Assembly (NCBI GenBank): GCA_964521535.1
Contig: CAZFSA010000002.1
Location: 1 to 63,193, forward strand
DNA length: 63,193 bases
Source of the DNA: an uncultured Gemmatimonas sp.
GTDB lineage: Bacteria > Gemmatimonadota > Gemmatimonadetes > Gemmatimonadales > GWC2-71-9
Reading direction: 5' to 3'
The notes beneath the pieces are model-generated. The model ran no database searches. It had not been told where the DNA came from and worked only from the letters and a program-made list of their open reading frames with translations. The translations under genes and the position numbers were made by a program. Shown here piece by piece: positions 1-8,277 of this stretch (position 1 is the stretch's first letter; each line of letters starts with the position of its first letter).

Positions 1-2
1 CG

Positions 3-695
3 GACCGCGCGGCCCAACGCGCCGCCCTTGCCGAGCTCCGCCGGCGCACCCGGTCGGCGCTGGATGGCGCCCCCGCCGCGGATCCGGTGTTCGCCGGGCT
101 CCAGCGCGTGGTGACGGGGTTCGGCGTGCCGCCGGAGCATCCCTTCGCGCTCCTCGACGGGATGGAAATGGACGTGGAGGGGCGGCAGTACGCCACGTTC
201 GACGAGCTGGTGGACTACTGCTGGCACGTGGCCGGGGTGGTCGGGGTGATGATGGCCTACCTGATGGAGGCCAGCGACCCCGCCACGCTCGACCTCGCCG
301 GCGATCTCGGGATCGCCTTCCAGCTCACCAACATCGCCCGGGACGTGATGGACGACGCGGCGGCCGGTCGGGTCTACCTTCCCCACGACTGGCTGGCCGA
401 GGCCGGGACTCCGGTTGTGTCGGTGGCGGAGCCAGCCTACCGGACAGCCGTGGCCCGCGTGGTCGCCCGGCTCCTCGACCACGCCGACGATTATTACCGC
501 CGGGCCGACCGGGGCCTCGCTCATCTGCCGTTTCGCTCGGCCTGGGCAATCGCCGCCGCCCGGGGCATCTACGCCGACATCGGCACGCTGGTCCGCCGCC
601 GTGGCGCCAGGGCCTGGGATCGCAGGGCGGTGGTGCCCGCTGCGAGGAAGGTCTACTGGATGGGGTGGGGATTGGCCCAGGCGGTGGCGCGCTGA
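3..695 (+). CDS. crtB: Phytoene synthase (squalene/phytoene synthase family), 5' end outside window
   Basis: The frame is open from the window edge; the listed ORF 87..695 is only the part after an internal Met. Family hallmarks are present: YCWHVAGVVGVMMA and the second Asp-rich box FQLTNIARDVMDDAAAGRVYLP. Stop is TGA 693-695. Confidence 0.85.
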   Translation, partial: DRAAQRAALAELRRRTRSALDGAPAADPVFAGLQRVVTGFGVPPEHPFALLDGMEMDVEGRQYATFDELVDYCWHVAGVVGVMMAYLMEASDPATLDLAGDLGIAFQLTNIARDVMDDAAAGRVYLPHDWLAEAGTPVVSVAEPAYRTAVARVVARLLDHADDYYRRADRGLAHLPFRSAWAIAAARGIYADIGTLVRRRGARAWDRRAVVPAARKVYWMGWGLAQAVAR

Positions 696-696
696 C

Positions 697-1146
697 TCAG
701 CGGCCACCGCGCTTCCGCTTGCCGTAGTCCGCCGCGTAGAGAAAGCCGAACGACTCGGCGCCGTCGCGGGTCCGGGTGGCGTGGTGCACGTGATGGGCCT
801 GCACCAGCCGCCGAAGGTACCCCTTCTTCGGGAGCCAGGAATGCGGCACCCGCCGGTGCACCAGGATATCGTGAAAGGCCACGTACGCCGCGCCGTACGC
901 CGTCATCCCGAGCCCCACCGGCAGGAGCCAGGGGACGCCGTGGGTCCCGAACCAGATGCAGAGGATCGACGGCACGGCGAAGAACACGGCGAAGAAGTCG
1001 TTGAGCTCGAACCGGCCGTGGCCGGGTTCGTGGTGGGAGCGGTGGAGGACCCAGAGGGGGCCGTGCATCAGGTACTTGTGGGTGAGGTGGGCGACCAGTT
1101 CCATTCCCACGAAGCTTGCGGTAAAGAGAAGCAGACCGAGCAGCAT
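697..1146 (-). CDS. crtZ: Beta-carotene (carotenoid ring) hydroxylase, fatty-acid-hydroxylase type
   Basis: Listed ORF 697..1422 trimmed to the ATG at 1146 (MLLGLLLFTASFVGME...). His boxes HKYLMH, HRSHH, HDILVH and HHVHH are typical of CrtZ. The upstream 92 codons of the ORF look non-coding. The gene is convergent with crtB, with stops 1 nt apart. Confidence 0.85.
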   Translation of the reverse strand: MLLGLLLFTASFVGMELVAHLTHKYLMHGPLWVLHRSHHEPGHGRFELNDFFAVFFAVPSILCIWFGTHGVPWLLPVGLGMTAYGAAYVAFHDILVHRRVPHSWLPKKGYLRRLVQAHHVHHATRTRDGAESFGFLYAADYGKRKRGGR

Positions 1147-1723
1147 GGGGGGAAAGGTATGCGCGCTGCCACGAGGGAACCAGCGGGGTCCCGGGCCGGA
1201 GGCGGCTGGGAGACTAGTCTGCCCCTGGGGCGAGCGGGCCGTCGCCGGGCGGCTACAAGTCGGATGGGAGGGGAACGGTACAAGCCCTTGCGGAACCAGA
1301 ACTTCGAGCCTCAGAACGTCGGCTGGCGATGCGATTGACGAGGACGGCGCTCCCCAGTCGATACTGCGGCTTCTGGCGTTGGAGCACCTCTTCCGGAGCA
1401 GGCGCCCTCGCCGGAGTGGCATGAGGAGCTATTTTCGCAACCGGGATATGGCCTGAGAGCGGCCCTGGTGTCATCTATCGCAGGCTTCGGAAGCAGGGTT
1501 CGCCAATTACCTCGCAACCAGGCCCGGCCTCTGAGCATTCCAATCGACGATAGGCCGGCCGCCACCATCCTCTGCGACGACCTCCACCGACACGACCGAT
1601 GCGCCGGATACCATACTCCTCCCCAGCCCGTGACCGCGAACCCGCACCGGGTTGGCCGCAACAGGATGCCGTCTCCGCCCGCGCCACTACCACGGTTGGC
1701 CGACGGTCCGATTGCTAGATGAC

Positions 1724-4700
1724 ATGGCGACTACCCTGAACCCCGGGGACCGCGTCCTCCTCCGCGACCGCCCGTGGCGCGTCCGCAGCATCGTGACCGG
1801 GGCTAACGACCACCGCATCCTCGAGGTCGAGGCCCTCGACGGCGACGTGCCGCGGATGCTGTCCGTCGTAACACCACCCGAGGTGCCGAGACCCCTGCCC
1901 ACCCTGGACGTCGAGTTCGATCGCTCGGGCCTCGAGTCCCTCAACGCCTGGTCGAACGCCCACCGGATCCTCGGCGCGACGCTGATCCGCGAAACCGGAC
2001 TCCTGACCGGCGCGCGCTTCGGGCGCGTGGCGCTCGAAGCATACCAGCTGGCTCCCGCGCTTCGGCTCCTGGCCAAGCCGCGACCGAGCCTCCTGGTCGC
2101 CGACGACGTGGGGCTCGGCAAGACAGTAGAAGCAGGGCTCGCTCTGCTCGAGCTGCTGGCGCGCGGCCGCGCGGACCGCACTTTGGTCGTCACTCCCCCG
2201 GGTCTCATGGACCAGTGGCACGACGAACTTCTCGAGAAGTTTGGCTTGGACTTCACCATACTCGACAACGCCGCGGGCGTGGCCCGCGTGCAGACCAGCC
2301 TACCGGCCGGCGTCAATCCCTGGGATGCACTGCCCCGGGTTATCACTTCCCTGGACTTCATCAAGAAAGAGACCGTGCGGCATCGGGCGCTGCGCAAGCG
2401 CTGGGACCTGGTGATCGTGGACGAGGCCCACGCCCTGGCGGAGTCCGGCACGCCCGACAACCCCTATCGCACCCAGCGCACCCGGCTGGGCCTCGAGCTA
2501 CGGAAAGCGAGTCGCGGCCTGATCCTGTTGACGGCAACCCCGCACAACGGCTACTCGCACTCGTTCCGCTCCCTGCTCGAACTCGTCGAACCCGTAGGGG
2601 CGACCTTCAACGGCTCGCGCGAGGACGTTCAGCGCCGGATCGACGGCGCGCGCATTCGCCGGATGAAGGCGCAGATCAAGCGGCGACTGCCGGCTGGCAA
2701 CCAGGAATCGGTGTTCCCGGTCCGGGAAGTCAGGGGCATCCCAGTCGCCGGGCTCAGCGCCGCGGAAGGCGAGCTCATGCGCAAGGTTGCTTCCTACTGT
2801 TCGCGCACGGCGCGCCAAGCGGAGGATACTGAAGCAGCCGAGCTGGTGGGCTTCGCCATGCAAATCGTCAAGAAGCGCGCGCTGTCGAGCCGGGCCGCGT
2901 TGGAGAAGACGATCGAGCACCGGCTCTCGGCGCTCAAGAAGGAGGAGGAACAGGAAGAGCCACCGGACCGCGCGGAGCTGCGCGACTTTCAGGCCGACCT
3001 GCCGCTCGGCGAGGCTGCGGCCGAGCGGACCGCCCGGCGCATCCTCAAGTCGGCAATCCCACCGGACGAGCGGCGCCGGAACCCGGAGTGCCGGCGCCTG
3101 ATTCCGCAGGGGGGCGCTGAGTGCCTGGCGTGCGGCTCCGCCGCACGACCCGCAGCCCTGTGCCGGACCTGCGGGCAGGACTTCGTCAAGGTCCGGTTCG
3201 AGGCGGCGGATGGGCTGGGCAGCGTTCCCGTCGGGACCGGCGACTTCTACAGCGACGAGCGTACGGCGTTTCTCACGCCTCGGCTCCACGAACTCGCCGC
3301 GGCGGGAGAGGAATTAGACGAGGACCAGGAGCCGGAAACCAGCAGAGGTGCCGCCAAGGCGAGGCGTGCAGCGAGCGACGTCGAGGCGAAGCTCGAGCCC
3401 GTGTCGGTATGCCTCTCCTGCGGGCGAGTCATGGAGCCGGAAGGGACCTGTCCGAGCTGCAACCGCGCCGGCACGCCCTACTTCGCTTATCGCTGGCGAA
3501 AGAAGCAGCCCCCCAAGGCCGGAATCCTCCACGTCTGCCCGGCATGCGGTGACACCTACACCAAGGGCGACATCGTCACTCCACTCCGCACCGGCACGGC
3601 CTCCACCGTAGCGACCATCGCGGCCCGCCACCTCGACCTGCTGCAGGGAGACGATCGCAAGCTCCTCATGTTCGCGGACAACCGCCAGGACGTGGCGCAC
3701 CAGGCGGGGTACACCTCCGACCGGCACCGCAACTTCGCGCTGCGTCACGTGGTGGCGCACGAAGTGGGCGCAGCGGCAGAGAGGGGCGTCTACCTTGTCG
3801 AGCTGCCGCAGCGGCTCTTCGACGAGTACAAGCGGCTCGGCATCATTCCGGCCAGAGTAACCCGACCCGAACGCGAGCGGTGGCTCGATGCCCTGACCTA
3901 CGAGGTAGCAAATGAGTTCACGCGGCACGCCCGCCAGCGGGCGTCGCTGGAGAACCTTGGATTGGTCGGCGTTGAGTACGAGTTCCTGGACGAGGTGGGA
4001 CAGGACCCGGAGTTCGTGGCGGCCGCCGCAGAAGCGGGGATGGATGGCCCCATGGCTGCGGCGGTGATTCGGGCCGTGTTGGACGTCATGCGCAAGAACC
4101 GCGCGGTGGGGTTCGATTTCTTTCGGGAGTACGTGGATCCCAACCGCAAACGGCGCTACCGCGAACTCGAAGCCGAGCCGTACGCGGTGCGTTTCCCTGA
4201 TCGGGACAGGAACCCGAAGGGATTCGCCTTGGAGCGGCCGGATCACATCCGGAAGTCAAAGGCCGGCACGATTCTCGGCTTCTACCAGGAGAACCCCAAG
4301 GCCGGGCAGCTCACGGCCGCACAGAAGATCGTGGCTCGAATTCTGGGTGGTAGTCGCGCCCGCGCCGAAGTGTTCCTGCGTGCCGTGGTACCGGTGCTGC
4401 TGCGGCTCGAGCTGCTTCAGGCTGTACCGAACTTCCCGCTTCCCAAGGCCGATCGCACGGCTTCCCTACGTGTGCTCCAGGTGAATCCCAAAGTGGTTCG
4501 GCTGGTGCGTCCCGCTGCCGGGTACCGGTGCGTCGCGTGCCAGACGTGGGTGGCCTACGAGCTGCCGACGTGCCCGACGCCCAAGTGCGCTCAAGGATGC
4601 CTGGAGCCGCGGGAGGTGGACCAAGACAACTACTACGTCAGGCTGTACGCGGATCGGCAGCCGTTGAGAGTCGTCGTGGCCGAGCACAGCGCGGCGATCA

Positions 4701-7030
4701 GCGGGGACGAGCGAGCCAAGCGGGAGACCGGGTTCAAGGAGGGCCGGGTGGATGCGCTGGTGTGTACGCCCACCTTGGAGCTCGGCGTGGATATCGGACC
4801 GCTGCTTACGGTGGTCCTGCGGAATGCCCCTCCCACTCCGGCCAACTACGTTCAGCGCGTGGGGCGCGCGGGGCGCCGGCTGAGGATCGGGTTCGTCTCC
4901 ACGTTCTGCGCCGGGGGGGCCCACGACCGGCACGCGTTCGAGAACCCCGAATGGCTCTTGGGGGGAAGCTTCACGCCGCCACGGCTCAGGCTCGACAACC
5001 CGAAGGTCGTGCACCGCCATCTTCGCTCCTACCTGCTCGCCTGCGTCCCCATCCAACTCCCACGTCTTATGGGAGAGCTGCTTGACGACGTGCGTGCGCC
5101 CACGCGATGCAAGCTCGAGCAACTGGAGGCGCTGTTCGCGGCAGTCGGGCAGGATGCTTCGAAGCTTGCCACGAGACTGGCGGGGGTGTTCGCGGAAGAT
5201 CGTGAGGCTGGCCGGACGACCGGCTTCGGTCCCGACGAGGCGCGCTCGCTCGTAGATCGGTTCGAGAGGGAGTTCCGCGACATCGTTGATCTCTGGTGGC
5301 GCCGCGTCCGCCAGCTCGACAGCGAGTTTCGGCAGTACTCGACCGTGGGCTCACCCCTCCATGACATGAAGAAAGCCGCGGCCCGGCAGCGCGCCTACCG
5401 TGAGATCACGCAGGACCCCGAGCGGGCGTACGCGCTGAACTACCTGGCCACCCAGGGCTTCCTTCCGGCCTATCAGTTTCCGCTCGACACGTTCAGCCTC
5501 GACCCCGGGGTGGCGGACACTCCGACGCTGTTCCGCCCGGCCGCGATCGCCATCGAGGAGTTTGCGCCGGGGAACTACGTGTACGCCAACGGGCACAAGC
5601 TCCGGTCCATTCGGGCGCTCTTCGCGGGTGGACCGGGGCGCTCCGGAGACCGCCCCACGCGGTCCGACGCGGAGGCCTCGGGCCGCCTCCGGTCGTTCCG
5701 CTTCTGTGATCGGTGTGATGAGATCACCGAGCAACCCCGCAACACCTGCGCTCGGTGCGAGGCGCCGTTACCGCCGGCGGTTGACTGCGTTTTCGTGGAT
5801 GCGTTCGAAGCCGAGGAGTCGTTGCGGATCGGGTCCGACGAGGAGTCGCGGCAACGGCAATACCATGTTCGCCGCGAGAGCCTGCTGGCGACTGACCAGA
5901 GCAACGTCACGCTCTTCGCGTATCCCTTCACGCCAGTCGAACTCCATCGCCTGGCGCCTGTGGTCGTCACCAACTGGGGACGACCGGACTCCAAGACCGG
6001 GGACGCCAGGCGCTTCTGGCTCTGCCCCGATTGCGGGCGGCATCTGCCTCAGGATCCGCACGATGTGGAGCATGCGAAGGCCGTCCAGACGTGGCGCGAA
6101 AACCATGCTCGACTCTGCGCGGGGGAGCCTGCTTCGCTGGTACTGGGCTATGAGTTCCGGAGTGACTGTCTGGTATTGAGCTTCCCGACCCGCGAGGATG
6201 CAAGGACTGAGGGCCGCACGACCTTGTCGCCGACGGCGGTGACCCTGGCGGAGGCACTGCTGGCCGGCGCGGGCGACCTGCTGGAACTCGAGCCCTACGA
6301 ACTGGCTGCCTTTCCCCGAAGCGCCAGGCCGGGCGACGTGGCCGACGAGGTGGTCTTTTACGAAACGGTACCAGGCGGCGCCGGTTATGTGGAGGAGATG
6401 GCGCGCCGGTTGCCCGAGGTGGCCCGTGCGGCGCAGCAGCGGCTCTATGGGCACCAGTGCCTCCGCGGTTGCTATCTGTGTCTCAAGCACTACCGCAACC
6501 AGCGCTGGCACGCCTTCTTCGACAAGGACAGCATTCGCGATCTTCTGGCGGCCATCGCCGCGATGGACCCGGTTGGGGAGGCGCCCACCGTGGCCGGCGC
6601 CGGGGCGCGGACGCTTCGAGCCGCACTGGAGGCAAGACAGGAGGAGCTTGCGCCGTCGGCCCCGGGAAGCAGGCGCACCGGACCGCAGTCGGCCATCGAG
6701 GCGCAGCTGCTGGAAGCACTGAGGTTGATCCCGGGGCTGCCGATCCCGACCATGCAATACGAAGTGCGGGACGGCGAGCGTATCATCACTGTACCGGACT
6801 TCGCATATCCGGATGCCAAGATCGCGGTGTTCTGCGACGGGTTCGCCTTTCACGGAAACCAAGACACGCTGGAACTTGACGCACGGAAGCGTAACTGGCT
6901 CCAACGGAATGGCTGGCTTGTGCTCACCTACTGGGGTAGGAGCATCCAGCAAGCCCCCGCGGTGTGTGCGCGGGAAATCGAGGCGGTATATTGGCAGCGC
7001 ACGGCTGGCGGCGGCCCCGTTGCGTGGTGA
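1724..7030 (+). CDS. Giant fused helicase-nuclease: SNF2-like N-lobe + Zn-ribbon inserts + DEAH-type helicase C-lobe + DUF1998/MrfA-type Zn module + Vsr/DUF559-like PD-(D/E)xK endonuclease
   Basis: Single ORF with ATG at 1724; the listed ORF starts at TTG 1652, but those 24 codons look non-coding. Motifs, in order:
- DDVGLGKT (2102-2125)
- VIVDEAH (2411-2431)
- LTATP (2528-2542)
- CxxC clusters (3089-3172, 3410-3460, 3536-3545, 4529-4600)
- LLMFADNRQD (3662-3691)
- VCTPTLELGVDIG (4760-4798)
- QRVGRAGRR (4853-4879)
- LATQGFLPAYQFP (5444-5482)
- CLRGCYLCLKHYRNQRWH (6458-6511)
- VPDFAYPDAKIAVFCDGFAFHG (6791-6856)
- RKRNWLQRNGWLVL. Confidence 0.9.
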   Translation: MATTLNPGDRVLLRDRPWRVRSIVTGANDHRILEVEALDGDVPRMLSVVTPPEVPRPLPTLDVEFDRSGLESLNAWSNAHRILGATLIRETGLLTGARFGRVALEAYQLAPALRLLAKPRPSLLVADDVGLGKTVEAGLALLELLARGRADRTLVVTPPGLMDQWHDELLEKFGLDFTILDNAAGVARVQTSLPAGVNPWDALPRVITSLDFIKKETVRHRALRKRWDLVIVDEAHALAESGTPDNPYRTQRTRLGLELRKASRGLILLTATPHNGYSHSFRSLLELVEPVGATFNGSREDVQRRIDGARIRRMKAQIKRRLPAGNQESVFPVREVRGIPVAGLSAAEGELMRKVASYCSRTARQAEDTEAAELVGFAMQIVKKRALSSRAALEKTIEHRLSALKKEEEQEEPPDRAELRDFQADLPLGEAAAERTARRILKSAIPPDERRRNPECRRLIPQGGAECLACGSAARPAALCRTCGQDFVKVRFEAADGLGSVPVGTGDFYSDERTAFLTPRLHELAAAGEELDEDQEPETSRGAAKARRAASDVEAKLEPVSVCLSCGRVMEPEGTCPSCNRAGTPYFAYRWRKKQPPKAGILHVCPACGDTYTKGDIVTPLRTGTASTVATIAARHLDLLQGDDRKLLMFADNRQDVAHQAGYTSDRHRNFALRHVVAHEVGAAAERGVYLVELPQRLFDEYKRLGIIPARVTRPERERWLDALTYEVANEFTRHARQRASLENLGLVGVEYEFLDEVGQDPEFVAAAAEAGMDGPMAAAVIRAVLDVMRKNRAVGFDFFREYVDPNRKRRYRELEAEPYAVRFPDRDRNPKGFALERPDHIRKSKAGTILGFYQENPKAGQLTAAQKIVARILGGSRARAEVFLRAVVPVLLRLELLQAVPNFPLPKADRTASLRVLQVNPKVVRLVRPAAGYRCVACQTWVAYELPTCPTPKCAQGCLEPREVDQDNYYVRLYADRQPLRVVVAEHSAAISGDERAKRETGFKEGRVDALVCTPTLELGVDIGPLLTVVLRNAPPTPANYVQRVGRAGRRLRIGFVSTFCAGGAHDRHAFENPEWLLGGSFTPPRLRLDNPKVVHRHLRSYLLACVPIQLPRLMGELLDDVRAPTRCKLEQLEALFAAVGQDASKLATRLAGVFAEDREAGRTTGFGPDEARSLVDRFEREFRDIVDLWWRRVRQLDSEFRQYSTVGSPLHDMKKAAARQRAYREITQDPERAYALNYLATQGFLPAYQFPLDTFSLDPGVADTPTLFRPAAIAIEEFAPGNYVYANGHKLRSIRALFAGGPGRSGDRPTRSDAEASGRLRSFRFCDRCDEITEQPRNTCARCEAPLPPAVDCVFVDAFEAEESLRIGSDEESRQRQYHVRRESLLATDQSNVTLFAYPFTPVELHRLAPVVVTNWGRPDSKTGDARRFWLCPDCGRHLPQDPHDVEHAKAVQTWRENHARLCAGEPASLVLGYEFRSDCLVLSFPTREDARTEGRTTLSPTAVTLAEALLAGAGDLLELEPYELAAFPRSARPGDVADEVVFYETVPGGAGYVEEMARRLPEVARAAQQRLYGHQCLRGCYLCLKHYRNQRWHAFFDKDSIRDLLAAIAAMDPVGEAPTVAGAGARTLRAALEARQEELAPSAPGSRRTGPQSAIEAQLLEALRLIPGLPIPTMQYEVRDGERIITVPDFAYPDAKIAVFCDGFAFHGNQDTLELDARKRNWLQRNGWLVLTYWGRSIQQAPAVCAREIEAVYWQRTAGGGPVAW

Positions 7031-7041
7031 ATGGGCGAGGC

Positions 7042-8277
7042 TCAGAGCCGCTCGAACCGCCTGGCCAGGACCCGCGCCACGGCGAGCGCGCCAAGCCCAG
7101 CCGCCAGCAGCAGCCCCACCGGCAGCTGCACTGCGGCCAGGGGCTCATCGCGCCAGAAGAGTGCGCTGTACGCCTCGACCCCCCAGGTGGTGGGCGTCAG
7201 CCATCCCACCTGCTGGAGCACCGGGGGCATCAGGAACCGGGGCACCATGGCCCCGCCAACCGCCGAGATCACCAGGATCGCGATGTTGGACAGCGTCTGT
7301 GCCTGCCGCCGGGTCCGGCACGCCAGGGTGAGCGCCATCGCCAGCCCGGCCGCGGCGAGCGAGGCGGCGAGCGTCACCACCGCGAACGCCGGCAGCCGGG
7401 CGAAGAGCGGCACCTCGTAAAGCGCCCACGCCACCAGGAAGATCACCGTCACCTGAAGCGCGCCCTGCACCACCAGAAACAGGAACTTGCCGCCCACCAC
7501 GGCCCCCATCCCCCCGGGCCCGGCCAGCAGCCGGTCGAGCAGCCCCGAGTCCCGCTCTTCCAGGACGGAGAGCGCGCCGTGCACGGCCGAGAAGAGCAGG
7601 AAGAGCAGCGCCACGGCACCGGCGTAGTAGGCTACGTGGCTCCGCGCCAGCCCCGGTCCACCGACCGGCTCGCGGACCGTGAGTCCGTCGAAAGGACTCT
7701 CGGCGCCCGCCTCGGCCGAGTCGGCGGTGATCTCGTCCCTGAGCTCGCCGAAGCGTTCGTCCAGTTGCTGGAGCTGGTCGTCGGTGTACTCGATGAACCC
7801 CCGGCCGAGCAGCTCCGCCACGCTCTGGAGCGCCACGTCGGGCAGGGCCGAGAAGTAGGCGTTCTGCACCTGGCCGGTGAGCACCCGGGCCGCCACGGCC
7901 CGCACCGGGTCGACCACGATGGCGATCGGGGCGGGGCCGTCGCCGGTGAGGTCCGCGACCGGCCGCGCCTCTGCCCGGATCACGAGCCCGGCGTCGGCCG
8001 CGCCGCGGCGCACCCGCTGGTAAACCTCGGCGGACGGGATCGGTCCAGTCACATCGAGCGCGGCGTCCCGGGCCAGCGCCCGGAGCAGCCGGATCGACTC
8101 CGGCGACCGCTGCTCATCGGCCACGGCCACCGCGATCCGGAGCTGCTCGCCGGAGGCGCCGGCGAAGATCGCGGCGAACACCAGGAACACCGCCACCGGG
8201 AGCACTACGCTCATCGCCAGCGCCGCGCGGTCGCGCAGGAACGCAAGGGCCATTGCCCGGAACACGACGCCGATCAC
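7042..8277 (-). CDS. ABC-2 type transporter permease
   Basis: 411 aa. It has an N-terminal TM segment, a large extracytoplasmic loop and a C-terminal multi-TM ABC-2 domain. There is a 4-nt overlap with the upstream ATPase gene, which suggests translational coupling. Confidence 0.8.
   Translation of the reverse strand: MIGVVFRAMALAFLRDRAALAMSVVLPVAVFLVFAAIFAGASGEQLRIAVAVADEQRSPESIRLLRALARDAALDVTGPIPSAEVYQRVRRGAADAGLVIRAEARPVADLTGDGPAPIAIVVDPVRAVAARVLTGQVQNAYFSALPDVALQSVAELLGRGFIEYTDDQLQQLDERFGELRDEITADSAEAGAESPFDGLTVREPVGGPGLARSHVAYYAGAVALLFLLFSAVHGALSVLEERDSGLLDRLLAGPGGMGAVVGGKFLFLVVQGALQVTVIFLVAWALYEVPLFARLPAFAVVTLAASLAAAGLAMALTLACRTRRQAQTLSNIAILVISAVGGAMVPRFLMPPVLQQVGWLTPTTWGVEAYSALFWRDEPLAAVQLPVGLLLAAGLGALAVARVLARRFERL

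Noticed and set aside
693-699. Palindromic TGACTCA formed by the two convergent stop codons of crtB and crtZ
   Set aside because: This is a trivial consequence of TGA on both strands separated by one base. No associated stem-loop or other signal is present.
697-1422. Full-length 241-aa version of the crtZ ORF
   Set aside because: The first 92 codons are Pro/Ser/Arg-rich with no TM helix. CrtZ homologs are about 150-175 aa, and the internal ATG at 1146 starts exactly at the first TM helix.
1468-1722. 84-codon GTG-initiated ORF ending 2 nt before the helicase-nuclease ATG (possible small partner gene)
   Set aside because: Hand-counted third-position G+C is only 57/84, similar to non-coding background. 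The translation is Arg/Pro-rich with no hydrophobic core or motif, and no RBS is evident. It is kept only as part of the spacer finding.
1652-1723. TTG-initiated 24-codon N-terminal extension of the giant helicase ORF
   Set aside because: The extension (MAATGCRLRPRHYHGWPTVRLLDD) looks non-coding. The first ATG (1724) begins a sensible domain (MATTLNPGDRVLLRDRPWRVRSIV...).
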